Below the pieces are notes generated by a model. That model did not search any database, was not told the DNA's origin, and was given only the letters and a program-made list of their open reading frames with translations. From the IMG/VR virus record IMGVR_UViG_3300045988_131126: DNA of 64,000 nt; one strand, written 5' to 3'. Both the position numbers and the translations under genes were made by a program. Shown in pieces: positions 1-9,767 of the stretch; positions within the stretch are counted from its first letter, which is position 1; every line of letters starts with the position of its first letter. Origin of the DNA: a virus.

Positions 1-397
1 CTTGAGTATTTGATCCATATTCATGAGATGGATTTGGTTTAGACATAGCATTAGAAAAATATCTTTGAACAGAATCTCTATCAGGAGTTCTATTTGCTCT
101 TTCTGATATTTTATGCGAATCATAACGAGATGCGTCAGGGGATTTTAACGATCTTTCTGATATAACAGGTTTATCATATTTTGTGTTATTATCAAATACT
201 GATATACTTCTATTTGTAATATTATCATTATATTCTTTAGCAGGAATTGCAGCGTGTCCTCTTTCTGATATTTTAGGTGAATCGAATACACTAGTTTTAG
301 CAGCATAATTACCTCTATTAGATATTTTCGGATTATCTGTTACTGAGGTTTTAGATACTGCATTTCCTCGATTTGATATATTTGGAGTATCACTCAT
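1..397 (-). CDS. Partial CDS (N-terminal part; the gene continues past the window start). The protein carries five tandem P-[KN]-I-S-[NE]-R-G type repeats.
   Basis: I hand-translated the minus strand from the ATG at 397-395 (GGAGG at 410-406, 8-nt spacer). It is stop-free to position 2: MSDTPNISNRGNAVSKTSVTDNPKISNRGNYAAKTSVFDSPKISERGHAA..KPVISERS..SHKISERANR. It is absent from the ORF track because no stop lies inside the window. Confidence 0.6.
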   Translation of the reverse strand, partial: MSDTPNISNRGNAVSKTSVTDNPKISNRGNYAAKTSVFDSPKISERGHAAIPAKEYNDNITNRSISVFDNNTKYDKPVISERSLKSPDASRYDSHKISERANRTPDRDSVQRYFSNAMSKPNPSHEYGSNTQ

Positions 398-490
398 TCC
401 TAATACCTCCATTCTTGGTATAATTACTTTATTGTTTCGGGGCTTTAATATGTATAATAATTGTATATAATAAATATGAAAATAAGATAA

Positions 491-508
491 ACTTGTATAG
501 ATTCACCA
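491..508. repeat. Left arm of an 18-bp perfect inverted repeat (acttgtatagattcacca)
   Basis: It is the exact reverse complement of 895-912. Confidence 0.9.
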
Positions 509-615
509 TTATAAAATCAAAATGAGTTATATTTAAAGACTCCCTGACCTCACCGTATAGGCACACTTCATAATGATTTGTAACATTTCATCTAGGAAAG
601 AGGAGGATAATAATT

Positions 616-879
616 ATGACAACTAATGATTTTATGAAAGCGATTTTACCAGTAGCAGGAGACATCGTAAAGGATGTGGTTATGAATAAAATGGGTAATG
701 GTGAAAATAATAATATAGAAAAAACAAAAGTCGATATAGATAAGAAAAAATCTGGAATAGACATATTTTCTAAACCTGACAAGATTGTAGTTAATGTAAA
801 TATTTATATGAATATTTATAGTGGTTTAGGATCAAATGCTTTGTCTATGACAGGTAAAAATTACATAGAAGAATATTAA
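616..879 (+). CDS. Hypothetical small protein (87 aa)
   Basis: ORF track. GAGGAGG Shine-Dalgarno (SD) site about 7 nt upstream. No domain recognised. The gene is bracketed by an 18-bp perfect inverted repeat. Confidence 0.6.
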   Translation: MTTNDFMKAILPVAGDIVKDVVMNKMGNGENNNIEKTKVDIDKKKSGIDIFSKPDKIVVNVNIYMNIYSGLGSNALSMTGKNYIEEY

Positions 880-891
880 TTCTTCTATGTA
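862..891 (+). terminator. 13-bp perfect hairpin spanning the stop codon of 616-879 (no U-run)
   Basis: tacatagaagaat / attcttctatgta. Confidence 0.3.
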
Positions 892-894
892 ATT

Positions 895-912
895 TGGTGA
901 ATCTATACAAGT
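895..912. repeat. Right arm of an 18-bp perfect inverted repeat (tggtgaatctatacaagt)
   Basis: It is the exact reverse complement of 491-508. Confidence 0.9.
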
Positions 913-932
913 CCTTTATTTTTTGCGTTTAG

Positions 933-944
933 AACAATTGAGTA
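933..944 (+). promoter_or_regulatory. Late-type promoter word AACA-N6-TA (aacaattgagta)
   Basis: 41 nt upstream of ATG 985. Member of a nine-copy set. Confidence 0.4.
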
Positions 945-984
945 ATTATAATATTAATATGGACAGAAATGGAGGCACGTCTGT

Positions 985-2379
985 ATGATGAATCCTAAAG
1001 CTATTCATGAATCAATATTGGATACTATTATCAATGGTATACAAGACTTTCCAAAAAACTTAAAGAAAAGTATTGATAGTGGTGATCGAAAGAAATTAGC
1101 TAAAACTATAGATAATAAAGTGGCCAGTGCCACTTCTATTGCTAGAGCATCTGCTGGATTGATATTTACATATCCGGTATTATGTAGTTCATCTTTGGGA
1201 ATCAAATCATGTACTATGGTTTCTAAAGCTTTGGAACGTAGAAATGTTACAATGCTGCAGATATTATTAGCGGCAAATCAAAGAACAAATCAAAATATTA
1301 TGGATTATTTAAAAGATTTCCATACTAATTTAGATTTTGACAAAATGTCTTTAGAAGATTTTGTTGATGTAATTACAGAATCAGGGACTTATGCTAAAAT
1401 GATTAGCAAACCTGAATATTTATTAGAAATGATGCCATTAAGAGAAAAGAATGTGGCATTAGAAGATTTCAGAGAAAATACAAATTATTTTTTCGAAGAA
1501 GATGTGAATGAGAATTATATTGGAAGATTTAAATTATTAAAAAGAAACGGATATGATACTATTATAGAAGCTGATAGTAATACAGATTCCGATGATGATA
1601 AGAAAAAAAATCAAACTCAGACTAAAGATAAAGCTTTCAAAACCATAAATGTATCTGGAAGAGATTATACATACGACAGTGATGCTGATGATGTAAATAA
1701 AATGACTTCACCCAATATAGATTCAAACAGATTACTTAGTTCTGAAATTAAAAAAGCGAATGAAATGGTACCAACTTTAATGCTTATTAATACTATCGAT
1801 CCATCTACAGGTGCTAATATGCAGTCTGTAGTAGGTGTTAAGAGTAGAATGATATCAGTACCATCTGGAGAAGTTGTTGGAAGAATCCTTGCCAATTATC
1901 AGGATTCTAATAATCTTCTGAAATTTATAAAACTTACTACAAGAGAAACAAGTTTTATTAAAGATTTCTTACTTGCTGTAGATAATGCTAAATTAGACGC
2001 TATTAATAATTCTAAGAAAGGCTCTGCTACAGCATTATTTAATGCTCTTGAAAGAAGATCTCAAAACGGTAAAATCAGAAAAATGGCTAAAACCGAAAAG
2101 CAATTCGCCAAAGCTATTGCTACATTAGTTATTTCTCAGGAAGATGTAGAAGATCTTAAGAAAATGAATGGTATAGATGTAGAATCTATCAGAATAATTA
2201 AACCTATTATGGAAAAATTGAATTTATTGTATTTTGTAATTATAGACGAATCTTCTGAATCTATAAAGATTCTTATAGATGGATCTGATGATTATGAAGT
2301 ATATCCATTCAGTGCTCTGGAAAAAGAAAATAAAGATGATACATATAAAAAAGTAATAAATCTTATGGCTAAGATGTAA
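985..2379 (+). CDS. Hypothetical protein; first gene of the co-directional block 985-9767 (possibly virion or internal proteins)
   Basis: ORF track. GGAGG upstream. A late-type AACA-N6-TA motif lies at 933-944. Confidence 0.75.
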   Translation: MMNPKAIHESILDTIINGIQDFPKNLKKSIDSGDRKKLAKTIDNKVASATSIARASAGLIFTYPVLCSSSLGIKSCTMVSKALERRNVTMLQILLAANQRTNQNIMDYLKDFHTNLDFDKMSLEDFVDVITESGTYAKMISKPEYLLEMMPLREKNVALEDFRENTNYFFEEDVNENYIGRFKLLKRNGYDTIIEADSNTDSDDDKKKNQTQTKDKAFKTINVSGRDYTYDSDADDVNKMTSPNIDSNRLLSSEIKKANEMVPTLMLINTIDPSTGANMQSVVGVKSRMISVPSGEVVGRILANYQDSNNLLKFIKLTTRETSFIKDFLLAVDNAKLDAINNSKKGSATALFNALERRSQNGKIRKMAKTEKQFAKAIATLVISQEDVEDLKKMNGIDVESIRIIKPIMEKLNLLYFVIIDESSESIKILIDGSDDYEVYPFSALEKENKDDTYKKVINLMAKM

Positions 2380-2404
2380 AATAATTTTCTGGAGGTTTAT
2401 AAAA

Positions 2405-3559
2405 ATGATTAAAAAATATGCTGATATAGTATATGAATATTTTGATCCATCTAATAGTACAGAATTTCGTACTTTGATGAATCTTAATGAAGAACAACAA
2501 GATCGTGTATTAGCTAACTTAGCTACTAAATTATACGATCATATTGTAAATGAAATTACTGATATTGATTTTGGAGATATTCCAACTTCCAAAGGAGATA
2601 TCACAAGAATTCCAAATTATTTGGATATGGTAGATTGTATTAATATTATACATGATATATGTGTAAGATTTAAACAGCCTACAACTGCTACTGATACATT
2701 ATTTAAAGCAATTCAAAACTTAAAAGATACTAAAGAAATATGGAGAAAGTCATTTGATATTAAAGCTGGGCTAGGCATGAATACTTATAATACTTTAGCT
2801 TTAGGTATCGTATGTAGTGTTTCTCTATTGATTTCTTCTGCTATCGAATTTATTAAGAATCAAGAAGGAGACTTTGAATTCTTAATAAATAAAGTTGGTA
2901 TGCAGAAATCTTTAGATTCTGTATTATTTAAATCATTAAAAGAATTTAACGATGGATGCGCTGATGGTACATTCATGAAGGCTATTATTATTGCCAATAA
3001 TTCTAAAGTAAATATATCTGAAGCTGAAGTTGTATCATTCGACGAAGCTGCTATGATTGATACTTTAGTAAGAACAGCTAAAGAATTTATTAATTCGCAT
3101 GGACCAGGTTTCATGAAAAATGGATTTAATAAAGCAAAAGCCTTTGCTAGTGATATTGCTAAGGGAGCAGATGCTACTATGACAGGTGCTGGTATTGTAA
3201 CTGGTATTGGCGGATTAATTGTGATAGTTGCTGTATTATTACCTACAATAAGAAATGCTGTTCATTGGTTTTTCTCATCAAAACAAAAACTTTCTGATTA
3301 TTTTGCGATTCAGGCTTCATTGTTAGAGATCAATGCTAATAATGTAAAATATATGAATTCTAAATCTTCTACAGAAAGAGAAAAGATTGCTGAAAAACAA
3401 ATGAAATGGGTTTCCAGATTTAGAGAAATTTCTAATAAATTATCTGTAAATATGAGTAAAGCAGAAAAGAGTGCTAAAAATAAATTAGAGCAAGAATCTA
3501 ATCAAAAATTAACTATGAATGACGTAGAAAAGCCAAGTAATGTGTCTGCTTTATTTTAA
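2405..3559 (+). CDS. Hypothetical membrane-anchored protein
   Basis: ORF track. GGAGG SD. Hydrophobic segment GAGIVTGIGGLIVIVAVLLPTI followed by a charged helical tail. Confidence 0.75.
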   Translation: MIKKYADIVYEYFDPSNSTEFRTLMNLNEEQQDRVLANLATKLYDHIVNEITDIDFGDIPTSKGDITRIPNYLDMVDCINIIHDICVRFKQPTTATDTLFKAIQNLKDTKEIWRKSFDIKAGLGMNTYNTLALGIVCSVSLLISSAIEFIKNQEGDFEFLINKVGMQKSLDSVLFKSLKEFNDGCADGTFMKAIIIANNSKVNISEAEVVSFDEAAMIDTLVRTAKEFINSHGPGFMKNGFNKAKAFASDIAKGADATMTGAGIVTGIGGLIVIVAVLLPTIRNAVHWFFSSKQKLSDYFAIQASLLEINANNVKYMNSKSSTEREKIAEKQMKWVSRFREISNKLSVNMSKAEKSAKNKLEQESNQKLTMNDVEKPSNVSALF

Positions 3560-3565
3560 ATGCTC

Positions 3566-3577
3566 AACAAATAAGTA
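3566..3577 (+). promoter_or_regulatory. Late-type promoter word (aacaaataagta)
   Basis: 37 nt upstream of ATG 3614. Confidence 0.35.
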
Positions 3578-3613
3578 AATAATGAAAACTTTATCCCATA
3601 AGGAGGACTAAAA

Positions 3614-4768
3614 ATGTTTTTTGAAAGTATTTTAGAGGAAGTAAATATAGATGAGCCTGTATCTGAATCTACTATGGAAGAGATCAGACAGCTCAGTATT
3701 CCGAATTTTATGGAGTCAGCTTTATCTCCATTCGATCTTGTAGATAAAGGTATATATGAAAATGCTAAAGCCTATAATGATATGGTTTCAAAAATTAGTA
3801 AAATTGAACTTAATTATTTAAGAGAAAATGGTGAAGAACCAGTATGGGAAGCATCTGATCATCAGTCTATTTTTGCTAGATTTATTGCTGGAATAAAACA
3901 TATTATCCAGGTTATTGCTGGAGCATTCCAGAAACTTATCAAATCTATTGATGATATGATTACAAATCGGTATAAAAAGCTTGGTGCTGAATTTGTAAAA
4001 CAAATGCAAAGTGCTGAGATTCGTGGTGTCGATCTTAGTAATAAAACATTTACACTTATAAAATATGAACCTGAAGTAGGTATCAGACTTCTTCATAATG
4101 CCGAAAATGTTCAGGGAAATATTAATAAGGTAGATGCTTATAAGAAAGCATGGTCTTATGTATTCACTGGTGAATCAACGAGATCTTCAGAAGGACTTAA
4201 AGAAGTAGAAGGTAATGCAGTAGATTCTTTGAGAAAAGTATTATTCAATCACTCTGCAATTGATACTTCCAAATTAAATAGCAATGCTGCTGCTAGAGAC
4301 GCATTAAGATCTGCTATGTGTCCTGCAAGAGGAAGTGCTTCTTTTGGTGAAGCTATGTATTATGTAAAAGCTTATAGAGCTGATCCTAGAGCGCAGAAAC
4401 TTAAAGCTGGACTTAAACAAATGTACCAGCGAATCAACAAAGTTTTAGGAAAACAGATCGACGTTGCTAAATCTTTACAGAAATCTATTGATGGTAAAAA
4501 AGAACCTGTACCATCTCAGGTTACAGGAAGCATCGTTTCTGGACTTAATGCATACTCTTCAATGGTAACTAGTATTTATAACGAAACAGTTAGATGCGCA
4601 TCTAAGAGATGGTCCCAGTCTTGTACTCTTACATCTAAACTTCTTAAATCTGCAAAAGGTGAATTAAAAGGTAACGCTAAAGAACAGAAATCTGCAGCCA
4701 AAGATATGAAGAATTTCGATAAAGATCAGGAAAAGAAAGCATCTAAAGCTACAAAAGAAAACAAATAA
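3614..4768 (+). CDS. Hypothetical protein
   Basis: ORF track. AGGAGG SD. AACA-N6-TA at 3566-3577. Confidence 0.75.
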   Translation: MFFESILEEVNIDEPVSESTMEEIRQLSIPNFMESALSPFDLVDKGIYENAKAYNDMVSKISKIELNYLRENGEEPVWEASDHQSIFARFIAGIKHIIQVIAGAFQKLIKSIDDMITNRYKKLGAEFVKQMQSAEIRGVDLSNKTFTLIKYEPEVGIRLLHNAENVQGNINKVDAYKKAWSYVFTGESTRSSEGLKEVEGNAVDSLRKVLFNHSAIDTSKLNSNAAARDALRSAMCPARGSASFGEAMYYVKAYRADPRAQKLKAGLKQMYQRINKVLGKQIDVAKSLQKSIDGKKEPVPSQVTGSIVSGLNAYSSMVTSIYNETVRCASKRWSQSCTLTSKLLKSAKGELKGNAKEQKSAAKDMKNFDKDQEKKASKATKENK

Positions 4769-4845
4769 TATATAATTGCAAGCATTAAGGAATCCTTTTA
4801 TAGGGTTCCTTAATGCCCTATTTAATAAATTGGAGGTTTAAAGAT

Positions 4846-7218
4846 ATGAGTAATATATTTGATATAAATACATTACTTCAAGAGAATACTTTAGCTAGTG
4901 AATTATTAGCTAAAACTTTTCCAAAAGAAACGTATATGTATTCTGCTATTAACTCATTAAATTCTTTTAATGAGTCTGTAATCGGATTTAACAAAGATCT
5001 TTATAAATCTTTAAACGAAGCAAACTCCAAATCAGAAGAGAATGCTGTTTTTGGAGATTTCTATAATAAATATGGATCTGTATTAGAAAAATATATCAAT
5101 GAGATCAATTCTATGGTTGGTAGATTTTCTATTACATTAGATAATTTGGTAGACGCTAATGCTGCTCTTTTAAAAGATCAGAATATATTAAGCTCTACGA
5201 CAGAGTTTACTGTACCTGCTAAGAAATATAAAAATCTTACAGGTGGAAAGTATCCTAAATTTAATCCATTAGAATTATATCAAAAAGAATTTGATTATAT
5301 TGGTCAGATGATGCAAGACTTAGGCCCTGTAGCAACTGATATTGCTAAGATGGAAGTATTAGCAACTGTATCAAATTCATTTTGCAATAAAATGAAAAAT
5401 AAATGGTTAGAAAAATGCATTGAGATGATCACTGGAGAAGAAGATTGTGAAAATCTTACATGCTATGCAAAAATTCTTCAAGGGATTTTTATTGAAGAAG
5501 ATACAGCTGATATTACCATAAATAGAGGTACTATTTATGCAATGAAATCTGAGATAGATGGATACGAGAAATATAAAGATAGTATTCTTGGTATTGCGAA
5601 TAAACTTATATCAGATTTCTCATATATGTCTAAGAATATAGGATCAATGTTCTACAGAAATAAAGATAACGTTCTTGCTATAAGAAGCGATTCTAATGAT
5701 GTAGAAAGTAGAGATTATAAACTTAATACATATGGAATGAATCAGTTAGATATCTTTATGAAATCCAAAGTAAATCAGGTATCCCAGTTATGTAGTTTAT
5801 ATGTAATTGCGTTATCTGTAATGATGGATAGTATAATTGGATATGTAACTCAGTGCAAAGAAATTCTTGAAAAAGTTCAGGAGGAAGTTAACAAACCTGA
5901 AGTTGAAGAAGAACCGAAAGAATGCGAATCTATGGAAACAGATTCTGATATCGAGAATAATGATGATATAGAAGAAGAGCCTGAGGAGTCTGATGAAGAT
6001 GAAGAAACAATCGACATCGACGATGATGAAGAATTCGAAGGATCTGTATCTGACGATAACGACGAACCTGCTTTTGAAGGTGAAGAAATGCCTAAGGAGT
6101 CAGAACTTGAAGGAGATGAACCTGAAACTCCTGATGATACACAGGTAGAAGAACCAGTAGAACTTGAAATGGATGAAGATTCTGCTGATTTTGAAAATGA
6201 ATCTTATTTATTTGAATATATGGATTATGCTGTCCAGAATATGCTTGAGCAGAATTCTTTGATTGAATATGTACACAAAGAAATTCTTAAAGAAGCAGAC
6301 CTTCCGAATAGCCCAGGATTAAGTAAAGATAATTCATTTATTGAAAATATACTTATAGCATTCACTAATATTATTTCTAAATTCCAGCAATTATTCCAGA
6401 AAAAGAGATCAGCTCAAGCAGAGTTTATCAAAAATAGCCAGAATAATATTAAGGAATGCAATAATTTTGGTGGATCTAAGTGTACAAGATATAACCAGAT
6501 TCAAAAACTTTATGGAATTAAACTTTATCAGTTTAATTATGAGCAATTTAAAGATTGCCTAAACTCACAAGAAGATTTTCTTGCTAAGAAATTTACACCA
6601 ATCAGCGATGCAATGAAAGCTGCCGGAGAAAATAAAATATCCATTAAAGAAGCTGTAATGAAAATGATTGGTGATGATGGATCTGAAAATCCGCCTGCAG
6701 TAGATGCCGGAAGTCTTAGTGATATGGTATCATATTGTGTAGAATATGGTAATAGAATTAAAGACGTTATGGAAGACAATAAAGCCATAAATAATTCTAA
6801 GAATACAACAAAAACTATTGTTAAGCAAGTACAACAGCAAACTGCCCAACAGAATAATACACAGGCTCAACAACAAGGAAGTAGCAATAATCTTCCAGCT
6901 CCGCAGAATGCATCTGCTTATATGACTGCTGATGATTATTTGAACGAAGCTATTGTAAAACCTGATACATCACAAGCTCCTAAACAGACAGGAAGCACTA
7001 ATGGAGATATTACTAAACAAGTACAATTATTCTTTAGTGTATCTACCAAAGTATCAAGTGCAAGAATGACAGCATACAATAAAGTATTTACAGAATACTT
7101 TACAATAATTAATGATATACTTAAACTGAACGGAAAACCTACTTATAGTAGTAAGGCTGGTAATGCTGATCAAAATAACAATAATCAGCAAACATCTCAG
7201 ACCGCCGCTACTAAATGA
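4846..7218 (+). CDS. Hypothetical large protein with a D/E-rich block of about 110 aa and a Q/N-rich C-terminus
   Basis: ORF-track frame 4813..7218. I moved the start to ATG 4846, which has TGGAGG about 8 nt upstream. Confidence 0.75.
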   Translation: MSNIFDINTLLQENTLASELLAKTFPKETYMYSAINSLNSFNESVIGFNKDLYKSLNEANSKSEENAVFGDFYNKYGSVLEKYINEINSMVGRFSITLDNLVDANAALLKDQNILSSTTEFTVPAKKYKNLTGGKYPKFNPLELYQKEFDYIGQMMQDLGPVATDIAKMEVLATVSNSFCNKMKNKWLEKCIEMITGEEDCENLTCYAKILQGIFIEEDTADITINRGTIYAMKSEIDGYEKYKDSILGIANKLISDFSYMSKNIGSMFYRNKDNVLAIRSDSNDVESRDYKLNTYGMNQLDIFMKSKVNQVSQLCSLYVIALSVMMDSIIGYVTQCKEILEKVQEEVNKPEVEEEPKECESMETDSDIENNDDIEEEPEESDEDEETIDIDDDEEFEGSVSDDNDEPAFEGEEMPKESELEGDEPETPDDTQVEEPVELEMDEDSADFENESYLFEYMDYAVQNMLEQNSLIEYVHKEILKEADLPNSPGLSKDNSFIENILIAFTNIISKFQQLFQKKRSAQAEFIKNSQNNIKECNNFGGSKCTRYNQIQKLYGIKLYQFNYEQFKDCLNSQEDFLAKKFTPISDAMKAAGENKISIKEAVMKMIGDDGSENPPAVDAGSLSDMVSYCVEYGNRIKDVMEDNKAINNSKNTTKTIVKQVQQQTAQQNNTQAQQQGSSNNLPAPQNASAYMTADDYLNEAIVKPDTSQAPKQTGSTNGDITKQVQLFFSVSTKVSSARMTAYNKVFTEYFTIINDILKLNGKPTYSSKAGNADQNNNNQQTSQTAATK

Positions 7219-7233
7219 CAGGGGGTGGCTCCT

Positions 7234-8097
7234 ATGGATATTTATGAATCTAAGTTAATTGATGTATTTAACGAGAATCAATTAATCAATAATTCAGATA
7301 TTATAGTTAACGAATTATCGTTACCGAAAGAAATAAATGCTGCCGATAAAGCAAGATACACCGATATTATCATAAGAGCTAATAAAGTATTGGAAGATAA
7401 CGGTGGCTCTAAAGAAACAAGAACAGAAACTACCATTACTAATATTATATTGGACGCATTGAAGTTTTTAGTTGGTGTATATGCGTCTGGGATAAGTGGA
7501 GTTAAAATAAACGCTGCTACTCCGAACGCGCTTAAAATAAATATGAAAGTGAATACTGCTCAAGGAAAAAAGACTTTAAGATTCAATCCTTTAAAGTATA
7601 TACTTGGGTTTGTGATAGATAGACTAGTCAATAAATTATTTGAGATCGTAGTTGCTCCAGCTCGTAGAGCGTCTATGATAAATAACTATAGAAAAATGGT
7701 GGATTCTTTACAAAAAATAAAAAGAACTTGCAAAGATGATTCTGTAGAAAAAAAATGTGATAGATTAATTGAACGTATAAATAAAGAAATACTAAAAATC
7801 TCTAATCAGAAAGGAGACAAAAATATGAATACAATTGAAGAAATGTTACAGGATGAAGATTTTGGTTTAAGTTTTGCTGAATCTAGCGATGACAGTTTAA
7901 ACGAAGCTGAATCTATTATAGAAGATACTTTACAGGAATTAGAAGAGGCTTGTGGTTCTTGCAATAAGTCTGTAAAGAAAGAAACTGCAGATGACGAAGA
8001 TGGTGAAGATGATATAGATGTGGATCCAGAAGATGAATCTGCTGAAATTGAAAATGAATCATCAGTTATTGATATAGAAGATGATTTTGAATTTTAA
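7234..8097 (+). CDS. Hypothetical protein with an acidic C-terminal module
   Basis: ORF-track frame 7225..8097. I moved the start from GTG 7225 to ATG 7234 (G-rich SD 8 nt upstream). An internal in-frame SD plus ATG sits at 7811-7827. Confidence 0.7.
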   Translation: MDIYESKLIDVFNENQLINNSDIIVNELSLPKEINAADKARYTDIIIRANKVLEDNGGSKETRTETTITNIILDALKFLVGVYASGISGVKINAATPNALKINMKVNTAQGKKTLRFNPLKYILGFVIDRLVNKLFEIVVAPARRASMINNYRKMVDSLQKIKRTCKDDSVEKKCDRLIERINKEILKISNQKGDKNMNTIEEMLQDEDFGLSFAESSDDSLNEAESIIEDTLQELEEACGSCNKSVKKETADDEDGEDDIDVDPEDESAEIENESSVIDIEDDFEF

Positions 8098-8115
8098 TTA
8101 GGAGGTAAATATACA

Positions 8116-8907
8116 ATGATTTACAGTACTAATTTTGACAATGATATGCTTGTGAATGAGGCTGTTGATGAACTGAGAGATGCCTCCATTGATTATATTT
8201 TAGCAAAAGAATCTGGTGATGCAAATTTATCAGAGCTTGCAGAATTATTAATCGAAGCAGAGCAGAAAGTTGAAAATACTAAAAAACTTTCTCTTATCAA
8301 AAGAATACAAGCTTATATTGCACGTACAAAAAAGAATAAAGAAATAATTGAAAAATATAAAGAAAAAGCGTTAAGTGCTGATGTCTCTGGATTAACTGTA
8401 AAGGTTTATGACACTAGTGATGCAAGTATTAATAAGTATATAAAAGCTTGTAATGCAGCTACAGCTAAACTTAAGCCGTTACTGAAAAAGTCATCTGGAG
8501 ACTATAATAAAGAAACAGATAAAGAAATTAAAGCTCAGATTAAAGAAATTTTAGCTGAAAGAAATAAAATTGTTAAAGAAGTGGAATCTACTACAGAAAG
8601 AAAAAGTACGGAGATGACTATTTCTAATACTGAAGTAAAGAAAGCTATTAATTTTATTGAATCTGGAAAAGCTGAGAAGATGATTAATAAAGTTTCTCAT
8701 GATCTTAATACAGCTGTAGTCGATAATAAAGATGACCAAAGAAAACTGAAAAATGGTACTCATTATGACGTAATCAATGCTATCAATGGTAATAGATATA
8801 TGATTTCTTGCGTTAAACTTATGGCAGCATATCACGCTCAGGATAATGCTAAAACTATTATCACTACAGCTGCATATGCATCCGGAAAAAAGAAAAAAGA
8901 CGAATAG
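8116..8907 (+). CDS. Hypothetical protein (coiled-coil rich)
   Basis: ORF track. TAGGAGG SD. Confidence 0.75.
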   Translation: MIYSTNFDNDMLVNEAVDELRDASIDYILAKESGDANLSELAELLIEAEQKVENTKKLSLIKRIQAYIARTKKNKEIIEKYKEKALSADVSGLTVKVYDTSDASINKYIKACNAATAKLKPLLKKSSGDYNKETDKEIKAQIKEILAERNKIVKEVESTTERKSTEMTISNTEVKKAINFIESGKAEKMINKVSHDLNTAVVDNKDDQRKLKNGTHYDVINAINGNRYMISCVKLMAAYHAQDNAKTIITTAAYASGKKKKDE

Positions 8908-8918
8908 GAGGTCTTGTT

Positions 8919-9767
8919 ATGACTATCGATGAAATGATGAATAGCATTGATGAAGATTTTGAAATTGATCCTAAAGTCGAAGAATTCACAAATAGAATTA
9001 CAGAATTTGCTTCAGAATTACCGGAGGTAGATGAAGATTTTTTATCTGAAAGTACCGAAGATGAATCATCTGAGATAAATATCACAAAATTCTATGATTT
9101 GTGTGAATCTGTACAAGAATATTTTGAAAATGTTTCAGAAGCTGCAGAAGAACTTGAAATTTCCACAGTTCTCGAAACAACTTCAAAAGAAATGCTCAAC
9201 GAATATAAAGCCAAGAAAAAAGAATATAAAGAATGTATAAAGACAGTCAAGAAATCTATTAAATCTGGAGATATTGCTACGGCAAAGAAATCACTCAAAG
9301 ATGCTCAAGATATTATTTCTGATTTTGAAAAATTAATAAAATCATACGATGCCGAGCATCAGAATGATTCTTTCTCACAAGCTTTGCTCAGTTCGTGGTA
9401 TGCTACCGTAGCACAAATTGGAACATTTACAGTCGAAGCATTGAAATGGGTGGGAATCTCAAAAGCTGCAAGAATAATATTTCCTGTTAGCAATATCGCC
9501 AAGAGCGCACTTGTAATTGGAACTTGTGTTTCTGGACTTATGATGACTATAAAAGCTAACAGCAATGCTAAAGAAGCAGAGAAAAATAAGACAATCAAAT
9601 CCAGTACTAAAATTGACGACATGACTAATGCTTCACTTAGTCTTCTTGCAAAAATGAAAGAGGCACTTTCTAAGTTAGAATCAAATTTAAGATTAAAAGA
9701 GAAAAAGACAGTAGAAGAATCTTTTGATTTATACAATTCTGATCTTTTTGGATTTCCTACAATGTAA
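8919..9767 (+). CDS. Hypothetical protein with an acidic N-terminus and hydrophobic segments
   Basis: ORF track. TAGGAGG SD. The N-terminus MTIDEMMNSIDEDFEI resembles the internal MNTIEEMLQDEDFGL of the gene at 7234-8097. Confidence 0.75.
   Translation: MTIDEMMNSIDEDFEIDPKVEEFTNRITEFASELPEVDEDFLSESTEDESSEINITKFYDLCESVQEYFENVSEAAEELEISTVLETTSKEMLNEYKAKKKEYKECIKTVKKSIKSGDIATAKKSLKDAQDIISDFEKLIKSYDAEHQNDSFSQALLSSWYATVAQIGTFTVEALKWVGISKAARIIFPVSNIAKSALVIGTCVSGLMMTIKANSNAKEAEKNKTIKSSTKIDDMTNASLSLLAKMKEALSKLESNLRLKEKKTVEESFDLYNSDLFGFPTM

Noticed and set aside
539-567. Resemblance of gactccctgacctcaccgtataggcacac to single-subunit (T7/T3/SP6-type) RNAP promoters (GAC.TCAC.TATAGG).
   Set aside because: The match needs two indels. 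I saw only one copy. The phage encodes multisubunit RNAP fragments and no T7-like RNAP in this window. The element is kept only as part of the inverted-repeat cassette finding.
491-912. The inverted-repeat-flanked cassette as an insertion sequence or transposon. More generally, any integrase, transposase, recombinase or homing endonuclease in the window.
   Set aside because: The enclosed ORF is only 87 aa and has no DDE, serine or tyrosine recombinase motifs. I saw no target-site duplication next to the arms. No recombinase-like ORF occurs anywhere in the window.
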